Of a stretch of 32,000 nt of DNA, positions 1-8,058 are shown in pieces. Position 1 is the first letter of the stretch; each line of letters opens with the position of its first letter. A model generated the notes under the pieces. That model had not been told where the DNA came from and did not search any database. It saw only the letters and a list, made by a program, of their open reading frames with translations. The stretch lies in assembly GCF_001545095.1 (NCBI RefSeq), contig NZ_CP013213.1, positions 510,001 through 542,000 of the forward strand. The letters run 5' to 3'. The position numbers were made by a program, and so were the translations under genes. Source of the stretch: Erysipelothrix larvae. GTDB taxonomy: Bacteria > Bacillota_I > Bacilli_A > Erysipelotrichales > Erysipelotrichaceae.

Positions 1-1425
1 TGTGTTGATGACTTTGCCTTCATAGCCCAGTGGAACACTGGATTCAAAGGTAATATCATAGGCTTTGCCATTTGAGTTCTGAATGGTTAGGGTAGACTCT
101 GTTGGGTTGGTTTCGCTCACTGAAAGTGTATAATCAGTCACAACAGTTCTTGTGATGACGTTTCCAAGGCTGTTGAACGTAAGTTCTTCAATCCGTAGGG
201 TACTTGGATTAACACTGCCATGACTTAAAATATCGTGTAATATGACATTACCCAGTGCATCCTCATCATAGTTGTAGTGAATGGTCCATACGATGGTATC
301 GTAGATTGTATTGCCTGACCCATCTTTTTTTAGGGCTCCGGTTTTTGTGATTGTTGGATTGATGCTTCCCCAATTCACATGAATTGGATCAGCGTCAAGT
401 GTTTCTTTTGATGTGGTTGTGCTCTCAACCGTTGCGCTGTTGTTAAGGGTTGAACTTGTTCCACGATCTCCTTGATCAAGTTTTGTGGTGTATTCAATTA
501 GGTAGATATCTTCAATATCACCCAATGCCAAAACAAACCCATGAGCATTGAGGGTAATGAGATCTGAGGCATCGATGATGGTTTTAGTTTTATCACCATT
601 TAAATTCTTTTTAATTTGAGTGATCACGATGTCATCAATGGATTCAATGGTTTGTCCATTTGATAAGGTATCGGTTACCACGACATCCTTAAGGGATTGC
701 TTATCGGTATTAATCAGAATCGACCAATTTGCATGGGTAGGTCTTACAGTGGTTGGAATAAAGGTATCCCCACTATAAACACCTGTTTCACCCGTTTTGG
801 TATCGACGTTTTCTAAGTCTTCAGAGAAATCGAGGGTGATGGTATAAGGTGCATCTTCTGAAAATGGAATGTTAATCTCTACTGTTTCTTCTTCGTTGAC
901 ATAAGATTTATCAAAGGAGAAATCAATGTACAGTTCTGCGTAGCGTTCTGAGTAGTTGTTGATGTTATCGTTGAACGTCAAGGTTACCATACCATCTTCA
1001 CTCAAGGTGAAGCTTCCAACAACAACTAAGGTGCCATCATCGTTAATCATAATATCCTTTGTAGCATAACTGTTTGGCACTAAGCCATCTGGGATTTTGA
1101 ATTGGAATGTTGCATCCGTCGGAATGTTATCAGTCTCGAAAGGGTAATCATCCGATCGATGTTCTAAATCGAAGTGATAAATCATGGATACAGTTGCATT
1201 CTCGATTGAATCATAGTCAAGATGGAGGGTGTCGTTGTCGGATAACTCGTAGTCATGACCATCGACACTGACACTCACTGATGACAAGGCTCGATCAAGC
1301 CATAGCTCACGGGGGTCCCATATTCCAGATTGTAGCGAGGATATTTCAGCTTCTGCATAGATTGTGCTGAATCCCAAAAATATAACAACTAAACAAATCA
1401 GAATATGCTTTATTCGTTGTACCAC
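1..1425 (-). CDS. Secreted cell-surface adhesin, N-terminal 475 codons (Cna/collagen-binding-type domains); the C-terminus lies beyond the window start
   Basis: The minus-strand frame is open from 1425 down to base 1. It is absent from the ORF track only because no stop lies in the window. GTG at 1425-1423 has AAGGAG (1434-1439, minus) 8 nt upstream. The N-terminus VVQRIKHILICLVVIFLGFSTIYA/EAE looks like a signal peptide. Hand translation gives beta-rich T/N/D/S-rich sequence with two collagen-binding (Cna A-region) style signatures: TVRPTHANWSILINTDKQSLKDVVVTDTLS (nt 750-661) and DTIVWTIHYNYDEDALGNVI (nt 300-241). Confidence 0.7.
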   Translation of the reverse strand, partial: MVQRIKHILICLVVIFLGFSTIYAEAEISSLQSGIWDPRELWLDRALSSVSVSVDGHDYELSDNDTLHLDYDSIENATVSMIYHFDLEHRSDDYPFETDNIPTDATFQFKIPDGLVPNSYATKDIMINDDGTLVVVGSFTLSEDGMVTLTFNDNINNYSERYAELYIDFSFDKSYVNEEETVEINIPFSEDAPYTITLDFSEDLENVDTKTGETGVYSGDTFIPTTVRPTHANWSILINTDKQSLKDVVVTDTLSNGQTIESIDDIVITQIKKNLNGDKTKTIIDASDLITLNAHGFVLALGDIEDIYLIEYTTKLDQGDRGTSSTLNNSATVESTTTSKETLDADPIHVNWGSINPTITKTGALKKDGSGNTIYDTIVWTIHYNYDEDALGNVILHDILSHGSVNPSTLRIEELTFNSLGNVITRTVVTDYTLSVSETNPTESTLTIQNSNGKAYDITFESSVPLGYEGKVINT

Positions 1426-1668
1426 AAAAATCACTCCTTCTTTTTTATGTAAAATGCACATATTATTTTCCTGCACAAGAAAATATATTGAATTCATTTT
1501 ACGAATAAGAAAGAATTTTACATATCAATATCACGCATCTTTACTTAAATCATGACGGATTGCATGAAAAATGGGCATGGTTCAAGACTTTATTTGATTC
1601 CAAATTGTATAATGTCATGTTAAGTTCGACATAATTTCCATTAAAAAATCATAGTTATTATTTATTGC

Positions 1669-1699
1669 TTGACTTAGAGTTCACTTCAACAGATATAAT
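1669..1699 (+). promoter_or_regulatory. Candidate sigma-A promoter for the dxs-like gene
   Basis: TTGACT (1669-1674) and TATAAT (1694-1699) are both consensus-like, but the spacer is 19 nt, which is longer than optimal. AAGGAG lies about 10 nt upstream of ATG 1730. Confidence 0.35.
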
Positions 1700-1729
1700 G
1701 GGGGAGTATTTAAAAAGGAGCGAAGCACA

Positions 1730-3487
1730 ATGATACTAGAAACAATACAGAGTCCTCAAGATTTAAAAGCTTTATCTCACAGTGATCTTCATACGCTTGT
1801 AGATGAAGCACGTGAAGCACTCATTCAAAAAATCAGCCACCATGGTGGACACAGTGGTCCCAACTTAGGTGTTGTGGAAATGACGGTTGCACTGCATCGT
1901 GTGTTTGATTCACCAACGGATAAACTCATTTTTGATGTATCGCATCAAACATATGTTCATAAAATGTTGACAGGAAGGGCCTATAGTTTTTTGGATGTCT
2001 CACAGTATGATGCAGTGAGTGGCTATACCAATCCGTGTGAAAGTGAGCATGATCTGTTTACTGTGGGTCATACTTCAACATCCTTGTCACTTGCAAATGG
2101 GGTTGCGAAAGCACGGGATCTTAAAGGGGAGACCTACAATGTTATTGCACTGATTGGTGATGGTTCCTTATCAGGTGGGTTAGCTTATGAAGGGTTAAAC
2201 AATATTGTAGAGCTTGGTAGTAATACGATTGTCATCGTGAATGACAACGATCAATCCATTGCCGAAAACCATGGTGGGATCTATCAAAACTTAAGGGCTT
2301 TACGACAGTCAAAAGGCCGTGCACCGAATAATTTCTTCAAAGCAATGGGTTTTGAGTATCACTATCTTGATAATGGCAATGATTTAGATGCACTGTTGTC
2401 CCTGTTTGAATCACTGAAAGACTGTGATCATCCAGTTTTATGTCACATTCATACCCTTAAAGGAAAAGGGCTTGATTTCGCAGAAAAAAACCGCGAGTCA
2501 TACCATGCAGGCGGTCCATTTGATCGTGAAACAGGCGCATATGTAACACTTGGTCAACCTCAAGAAACGTATCAATCACTGATTACTCAGGCACTGATGG
2601 CAAAAATGGCCCATGATCCAGAAGTGGTGGTTGTGAATGCAGGGACCCCTTCCATACTCTTCAATAAAACCCAACGCGAACAGATTGGGAAACAGTTTGT
2701 GGATGTGGGGATTGCGGAAGGTCATGCAGCAACCATGGTGGCGGGGTTAGCTAAAAATGGGGTAAAACCCATTTGGGCGGTGTTCTCAACCTTCATGCAA
2801 CGCAGTTATGACTCAATATCTCATGATATTGCCCTGAATAATCTTCCCGCCACCATCCTTGTATTTGGTGCATCCATCAATGGGATGAAAGACCAAAGTC
2901 ATTTGGGTATTTTTGATATCCCATTCTTAGCTTCAATTCCAAACCTAATCTACCTTGCCCCAACAAACAAGGAAGAAACCTTCGCCATGCTTGAATGGTC
3001 GTGTGATCAAAACGACCATCCAGTTGCGATTCGTGTTCCTGTGGGCGAGGTTGTTGAAACAAACAAGCAAACAAACTTTGATATATGCCATCCCTATGAT
3101 GTGATCGAAGGGGATACCGTAATGGTTATCGGGGTTGGAAATTTCTATGCGCTTGCTCAGGCGATTGTTAAAGGGCTTAAAGAAGATCACAAGATCAATG
3201 CAACACTGGTCAATCCAAAGGTTCTATCGGGTGTTCCACTTTCCTATCTCAATAACATCAGCCCATCACATCAAATTGTTGTGACGTTGGAAGATGGGGT
3301 ATGTGATGGTGGATATGGTCAGCGCGTATCAAGTGCATTGGGGCACACTTCCATCAAGGTTTTCAACTATGGGCTGAGTGCAGCGTTTCACGATCGTTAT
3401 GATGTGAACACACTGCTTGAAGACCATGGCTTGAGTGTTTCAAAGATCAGTGCGAAAATTTTGGATGAACTAAAAGGTTCTCATTAA
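1730..3487 (+). CDS. dxs: 1-deoxy-D-xylulose-5-phosphate synthase family (TPP-dependent, transketolase-like)
   Basis: The N-terminus SPQDLKALSHSDLHTLVDEAREALIQKISHHGGHSGPNLGVVEMTVALHRVFDSPTDKLIFDVSHQTYVHKMLTGR matches the canonical Dxs N-terminal block. The TPP-binding motif IGDGSLSGGLAYEGLNN is present, followed by NDN. At 585 aa it is somewhat shorter than typical Dxs. Confidence 0.85.
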   Translation: MILETIQSPQDLKALSHSDLHTLVDEAREALIQKISHHGGHSGPNLGVVEMTVALHRVFDSPTDKLIFDVSHQTYVHKMLTGRAYSFLDVSQYDAVSGYTNPCESEHDLFTVGHTSTSLSLANGVAKARDLKGETYNVIALIGDGSLSGGLAYEGLNNIVELGSNTIVIVNDNDQSIAENHGGIYQNLRALRQSKGRAPNNFFKAMGFEYHYLDNGNDLDALLSLFESLKDCDHPVLCHIHTLKGKGLDFAEKNRESYHAGGPFDRETGAYVTLGQPQETYQSLITQALMAKMAHDPEVVVVNAGTPSILFNKTQREQIGKQFVDVGIAEGHAATMVAGLAKNGVKPIWAVFSTFMQRSYDSISHDIALNNLPATILVFGASINGMKDQSHLGIFDIPFLASIPNLIYLAPTNKEETFAMLEWSCDQNDHPVAIRVPVGEVVETNKQTNFDICHPYDVIEGDTVMVIGVGNFYALAQAIVKGLKEDHKINATLVNPKVLSGVPLSYLNNISPSHQIVVTLEDGVCDGGYGQRVSSALGHTSIKVFNYGLSAAFHDRYDVNTLLEDHGLSVSKISAKILDELKGSH

Positions 3488-3509
3488 AGACTTCAAGGAA
3501 GTCTTTTTT
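3486..3509 (+). terminator. Rho-independent terminator after dxs
   Basis: Perfect 9-bp stem AAAGACTTC (3486-3494) / GAAGTCTTT (3498-3506) running into a T-run that ends at 3509. Confidence 0.75.
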
Positions 3510-3594
3510 ATTGGACATAATAAATAATCACCCCATTTGCTTGACGTTGTTTTTATAATTTGATAATCTAGTATTAGAAACTAGGTGATTGAAT

Positions 3595-4131
3595 ATGAAC
3601 TACGAAGCATGGATTCATGAAATTAAAGATTTTACATTACCACGATACAGTGAACTTCCTGAGATACCACTGTATTTGGACCAAGTGTTGGAATATGTAA
3701 ATTCAAAACTCATGCCCATCTTTCGATATGAAAAATATGAAATTACTGGGTCTATGATCAATAACTATGTGAAGCACAAAATGATGTCTGCACCCATTAA
3801 GAAACGGTATTCAAGAAATCATATTGCCTATATTATGACGATTACGATTCTTAAGCAAATCAACAGCATACCCAGCATTTCTCAAGGGATTAAAGCCGTA
3901 CGCAGTGAGTTTGGAAGTGGGGATGCGTATGATATATTCATTGGGTTTGTTGAAGAGGGAATTCGGCATATATTAGCGCAGACATACGATAATACCTCCA
4001 TTTATTTAGGTGAGGAAAAAATAGTTTCGACACTTGTACCAATGAAAGCAGCGTGTATCGCATTCGCTGCGAAAATCGTTGCAGAACATGCACTGGAAAG
4101 TCTTATGGAGGAAAAAAACAATGACCAATGA
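3595..4131 (+). CDS. DUF1836 domain protein (conserved partner of DegV)
   Basis: ITGSMINNYVKHKMMSAPIKKRYSRNHIAYIMTITILKQ resembles the DUF1836 core. The track ORF starts at TTG 3589. ATG 3595 is preferred because AGGTGA (3584-3589) lies just upstream. It overlaps the next gene by 11 nt. Confidence 0.65.
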   Translation: MNYEAWIHEIKDFTLPRYSELPEIPLYLDQVLEYVNSKLMPIFRYEKYEITGSMINNYVKHKMMSAPIKKRYSRNHIAYIMTITILKQINSIPSISQGIKAVRSEFGSGDAYDIFIGFVEEGIRHILAQTYDNTSIYLGEEKIVSTLVPMKAACIAFAAKIVAEHALESLMEEKNNDQ

Positions 4132-4978
4132 AAAAATCGCAATTCTTGTCGACTCAGGATCCGATATCAGTGAAAAGCTCAAAGAAGGAATGGATGTTTA
4201 CAGCCTGCCACTTCGTGTCACCATCGATAATAATTCCTATACCGATGGACTTGATATTACATCAAAACAAGTCTATCAAGCACTGGATACTTCTAAAGTA
4301 ACCTCTTCCTTACCCAGTGGGGAAGACATTGAACGGCAACTTCATGAACTTAAAGAACAAGGGTATACCCATATTATCGCTATTTTAATCTCAAGTGGAT
4401 TAAGTGGTACCTATAATGTAGTTCGTCTTTTATCCGAAAAAGAAGTAGGCCTTACCGTTGCGGTTTATGATACCAAAAACATTAGCTTAGGATGTGGATT
4501 TATCGCCCTTGAAACAGCACGTTATGTGAAAGAAGGTCACAGTTTTGATGAAGCTTTGGCTTTTGTTGATGATGCGCTAAAACGCGGAAAAGTATACTTC
4601 ACAGTTGGAAATCTTGAGTACCTTCAACGTGGGGGTCGCATAGGACTTGTTGCGGGAACGGTTGCGAATGTCCTAAATATTAAACCGGTAATTTCATGTA
4701 ATGAAGACGGTATTTATTACACCATTACAAAAGTGAGAGGCTTTAAACGAAGCATTCAAAAGATGATTGATGTCGCAGCCCATGATCTCGGTGATTCAAA
4801 ACACTATCGTGTCACCTTAATCAATGCAGACACATCTGAAAATCTTGAAGCAATTCTTAACTACGCCAAAGAACGCTTCCCGTATGCGACATCGGTTGAA
4901 TTTACCGACTTGTCCCCAACGCTTGGCATCCATACAGGACCTGAAGCCGTAGGCATTGGAACCTATCGATTTGATTAA
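4121..4978 (+). CDS. DegV family fatty-acid-binding protein
   Basis: MTNEKIAILVDSGSDI..., SGLSGTYN and YLQRGGRIG are typical DegV/FakB motifs. ATG 4121 is preceded by GGAGGA (4107-4112) at 8 nt. The 14-codon extension in the track ORF (start 4079) is rejected. Confidence 0.9.
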   Translation: MTNEKIAILVDSGSDISEKLKEGMDVYSLPLRVTIDNNSYTDGLDITSKQVYQALDTSKVTSSLPSGEDIERQLHELKEQGYTHIIAILISSGLSGTYNVVRLLSEKEVGLTVAVYDTKNISLGCGFIALETARYVKEGHSFDEALAFVDDALKRGKVYFTVGNLEYLQRGGRIGLVAGTVANVLNIKPVISCNEDGIYYTITKVRGFKRSIQKMIDVAAHDLGDSKHYRVTLINADTSENLEAILNYAKERFPYATSVEFTDLSPTLGIHTGPEAVGIGTYRFD

Positions 4979-4981
4979 TTG

Positions 4982-5022
4982 CTGTAAAGCCACAGATCTT
5001 GTGTGGCCTTACAGTTTTTTTT
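4982..5022 (+). terminator. Rho-independent terminator after degV
   Basis: 13-bp stem CTGTAAAGCCACA (4982-4994) / TGTGGCCTTACAG (5002-5014) with one mismatch, then 8 T (5015-5022). Confidence 0.8.
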
Positions 5023-5123
5023 ATGCCTTCGATTCCCTTTGTCATTTGAAAAAAAGTTGTGATTTGTATCAATGTTTCTTATAATAAAGGAGCAATGAAC
5101 TAAAATGAATAAGGAGTGTATGT

Positions 5124-6179
5124 ATGACTGTGTTTAGTACCCTTACACCACTTGCCCTAATTGCAATTGTGATTGTCGGTGTATTATGTATTTTTTATGC
5201 TGTATTGATTCATGGGAAAGATCCCTACCATAAGATTTTAAGAAAAGTAGGGTTTAATGAGACGCAGGTTCACATTGGGAATGTATGCTTTAACTATGCA
5301 CAAGGACCTAACCATGGGCCAGCTTTATTGTTATTGCATGCTCAGCATATGGATTGGTATTCTTACAGTCGGGTGCTTCCAGAACTATCAAAGTCCTTTC
5401 ATATCTATGTCCTTGATTATCATGGACATGGAAAGACACATGCACCCGTTGCATCCATGAATGCCAATCAGATGGGTGAAGACATCGCACAGTTTATTGA
5501 AACAGTCATTCAAGAACCGGTCTTTATTTCAGGAAACTCTTCGGGAGGGATCTTAACTGCATGGCTTGCAGCGAATAAGCCAATGTATGTCAAAGCGATT
5601 GTTCTTGAAGACCCAGCGCTTTTATCCAGTGAATACCCACGGGTGTTAAATACCATTGCAGATCGATCCTTTGCAATCTGTGATCAATTTATTAAGGATA
5701 ACGAAGAAGACTTTTTAATCTATTGGATTGGGAAATGTCGTGACTTTTTTAAACGGTATGTTGGCGTTGATGTCGGTCCGATGCTTCAATTCATGGTACG
5801 CCTTTATCGCCATTATCATGAAGGACAACCCGTTGAAATCATCTTTTTACCGACAACGGTTCGTCTTATGATGCGGGGGATGGATTACTATGATCCCCAC
5901 TTTGGCCAAGGGTTTCACGTCGGTTCTTGGAACAAAGACTTTGATCACAAAGACGCACTAAGACGCATTAAAGCACCCACGCTTTTACTTCATGCTAACT
6001 ATGAAATAACTGAGGAAGGTGTCTTAAATGGGGCCCTTGATCAAGACGATGTGGCGATGATTCAACCCTGCGTTCCAAACATTCACACCAAACGCATTGA
6101 CTCAAATCATGTGATTCATTTGGATCATCCAGATACATACATTCAAAATCTTAAGGATTTCTTTTTGAATCAACCCTAA
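5124..6179 (+). CDS. Membrane-anchored alpha/beta-fold hydrolase
   Basis: N-terminal hydrophobic helix LTPLALIAIVIVGVLCIFYAVLI. HG-type oxyanion region LLLLHAQH, nucleophile elbow GNSSGG (GxSxG) and a late HLDHP His. AAGGAG (5111-5116) lies 7 nt before the ATG. Confidence 0.75.
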   Translation: MTVFSTLTPLALIAIVIVGVLCIFYAVLIHGKDPYHKILRKVGFNETQVHIGNVCFNYAQGPNHGPALLLLHAQHMDWYSYSRVLPELSKSFHIYVLDYHGHGKTHAPVASMNANQMGEDIAQFIETVIQEPVFISGNSSGGILTAWLAANKPMYVKAIVLEDPALLSSEYPRVLNTIADRSFAICDQFIKDNEEDFLIYWIGKCRDFFKRYVGVDVGPMLQFMVRLYRHYHEGQPVEIIFLPTTVRLMMRGMDYYDPHFGQGFHVGSWNKDFDHKDALRRIKAPTLLLHANYEITEEGVLNGALDQDDVAMIQPCVPNIHTKRIDSNHVIHLDHPDTYIQNLKDFFLNQP

Positions 6180-6181
6180 AA

Positions 6182-6204
6182 AAATGCACCATACCGGTGC
6201 ATTT
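6182..6204. terminator. Bidirectional terminator between convergent genes
   Basis: 9-bp stem AAATGCACC (6182-6190) / GGTGCATTT (6196-6204). It is flanked by an A-run on the + strand, which is a long T-run for the minus-strand anti-sigma transcript. It overlaps the minus-gene stop codon. Confidence 0.65.
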
Positions 6205-7414
6205 AGTCTGTATTGAGGGTAAAGCGATAAACTTCAAAGGATCGGACATCGGGAATTGAATTGGTGAATTCAATTACTGAATGTTCACTGATAACTGCTT
6301 GGTATTCTTGCTCATCCAGGACGATTTGGTTTTCCTCTTGCAGCACAGGGAAACCCGTGTAGGAAAGTCCATTTGGGGACAGGAAGTTCGAGAAGTCATA
6401 CTCACTGAGACTGATTTTCTCAAATCTAAAGATAACATTGGATTCGCTGATTTCTTGTCCAAGATAGTTCACTTCGTTTGGAAGAAAACTGAATGCATCC
6501 GTTTTAGGATCATAAATGATGGTTTCATGGTCGATGTTGATAAAGCTTGAGTAAATCAGTTCGACACTTTCAATCCCCGTATCTAAAATAGATCCTGTGT
6601 CAAAATGGACAGTGACTTGATGTGCGTCATTGTAAGTGGTTGAAGTAGGAGAATTGATGATTTCTCCTGAGGTTGTAATGAGTCGTACTTTCATTGTGAC
6701 CAATTTCATCGATTCAATGGGTTCAACATGCACCATGAGTTGTGATTTAATCCCTCCAAAGGTAAAGGACTCAAGGGTAATGGTCCCAGATGGTTCATGG
6801 ATGGTTTGATTGAGTTCAATCTGTTGGGGTGTTACCTTCTTTGAACCATCAACTTCAATGGATAGGGTGGTTGCGTTTGGTTGAGTAATGTGAATGATGT
6901 CTTTGTCCACAATGTCTCGATCAAAGGACAGTATGGTTAGATTTGAATCTGTTGCCTCACCAAAAATTAGAGTACTTGGATTTTTATTCTGCGCATCTGT
7001 TACCACAATATCCACACCCAGTAGGTTTGAGCGATCCGTTTTGAATATGATGGTATTTGAATCAACGATCATGGTTTCAATCAGGAGTTTTTTACCCTCA
7101 TGGTGTAAGGTTGTGTTGATGGGTTGGTATTTGTTTGCGTCAATAGCCTGTTGGACTGTGTCATCAATAAATCGAAAGGCAAGGGCAATTTCTTTAAGGG
7201 GTGTGTCCAGTGCAAAGATATAAAATGATTTTGATACATTTACAAGGAGTAAAAAACCAAGGGTTAACACACCCAGTGTTCCCACACTCAATTTTAGGAT
7301 GTGTTTGAAGCGATGGGGGTGGGTCATTGCATCAATTTGATCGTGTAATGCTTGGGATGCTTTTACGTTTTGGGTTGTTTTAATCCAGTCTTTGAATTGT
7401 TGATTGTTTTTCAT
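6203..7414 (-). CDS. Putative single-pass anti-sigma factor with a ~340-aa extracytoplasmic domain (function inferred from position)
   Basis: ATGA start/stop overlap with the upstream ECF sigma gene (7411-7414). Short ~40-aa N-terminal cytoplasmic segment, one TM (LKLSVGTLGVLTLGFLLLVNV), then a large beta-rich domain. There is no HxxxCxxC zinc motif. Confidence 0.55.
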   Translation of the reverse strand: MKNNQQFKDWIKTTQNVKASQALHDQIDAMTHPHRFKHILKLSVGTLGVLTLGFLLLVNVSKSFYIFALDTPLKEIALAFRFIDDTVQQAIDANKYQPINTTLHHEGKKLLIETMIVDSNTIIFKTDRSNLLGVDIVVTDAQNKNPSTLIFGEATDSNLTILSFDRDIVDKDIIHITQPNATTLSIEVDGSKKVTPQQIELNQTIHEPSGTITLESFTFGGIKSQLMVHVEPIESMKLVTMKVRLITTSGEIINSPTSTTYNDAHQVTVHFDTGSILDTGIESVELIYSSFINIDHETIIYDPKTDAFSFLPNEVNYLGQEISESNVIFRFEKISLSEYDFSNFLSPNGLSYTGFPVLQEENQIVLDEQEYQAVISEHSVIEFTNSIPDVRSFEVYRFTLNTD

Positions 7415-7881
7415 TGGGGTTCCTCCAATTCTACTCTTAGGATTTCAAGTCCTTTTTTTACGCGTGACTTAAGGGTACTTTGTGGCACTTTCATAATTTT
7501 AGACAACTCAACATAGGACACTTCAAGGATGTAATGAAGCACGATGAGTTCTCTTATTTCTGTTGGAAGCGTGTCAAGTGCTTCATGAATATAGTGATAA
7601 TCTTCAGGGTTTTGATCATTGGATCCTATGGTATCGTCATACTCGATATAATGTTGATGTTTCTTGAGATAATCTTTGCATACATTAATTTGGATGCGCG
7701 TTACATATGTTTTTAGATAGTCTGGATTGCGTAGACGAAATCTATTTTTATAGGCTTTGTAGATTGTCTCAGCGACAAGGTCCTCAACATCTGGATGGTT
7801 TCCAGTAATTCCAATCACAATCTTTTTGAGATAGTCGCTTAACTCATGAAGTGATTCGCTAAACACTTCGTTTGTTCCCAT
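7411..7881 (-). CDS. ECF-type RNA polymerase sigma-70 family factor
   Basis: Region 2 block DVEDLVAETIYKAYKNRFRLRNPDYLKTYVTRIQINVCKDYLKK. Region 4 HTH LPTEIRELIVLHYILEVSYVELSKIMKVPQSTLKSRVKKG. ATG at 7881 is preferred over the track start at 7902 because AGGAGG sits 7 nt upstream. Confidence 0.85.
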   Translation of the reverse strand: MGTNEVFSESLHELSDYLKKIVIGITGNHPDVEDLVAETIYKAYKNRFRLRNPDYLKTYVTRIQINVCKDYLKKHQHYIEYDDTIGSNDQNPEDYHYIHEALDTLPTEIRELIVLHYILEVSYVELSKIMKVPQSTLKSRVKKGLEILRVELEEPQ

Positions 7882-7936
7882 ATTTTTTCCTCCTATACCC
7901 ATTAGACTGCATTAACGATCCAATCGACGAAATTTG

Positions 7937-7975
7937 ATACATAAAGTATACATAATATTTTGATAATCATACATA
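7937..7975. repeat. Three direct ATACATA heptamers with start-to-start spacing of 11 and 21 nt, upstream of the ECF sigma gene
   Basis: ATACATA occurs at 7937-7943, 7948-7954 and 7969-7975 (TATGTAT in the orientation of the sigma gene). The last copy, in gene orientation, is followed 7 nt later by CGTC. Confidence 0.5.
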
Positions 7976-8058
7976 TAGAAACTTAAAAACGCGTGTCGAT
8001 ATGACTTAAAAAGTAAAAAAAAAGAAGCAAGTGCTTTTGTCTTATAACAGTGACCCTG

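Noticed and set aside
1364-1555. 63-aa + strand ORF from the track
   Set aside because: It starts inside the signal-peptide coding part of the minus-strand adhesin gene and runs through the AT-rich divergent promoter region. It has no SD and a low-complexity K/I/F-rich translation typical of AT-rich non-coding DNA.
1556-1729. Possible TPP or other riboswitch upstream of the Dxs-like gene
   Set aside because: I found no CUGAGA / ACCUGAUCUGGAU-type TPP core and no extended conserved-looking helices. With the predicted promoter the leader is only about 25 nt.
7882-8058. Canonical ECF autoregulatory promoter (AAC-N16/17-CGT) upstream of the sigma gene, and a terminator hairpin after the amidase (8023-8038)
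   Set aside because: A CGTC is present but there is no AAC-containing -35 at 16-17 nt. On the minus strand the hairpin is only about 4 bp, although a T9 run follows it, so amidase read-through into the sigma operon cannot be excluded.
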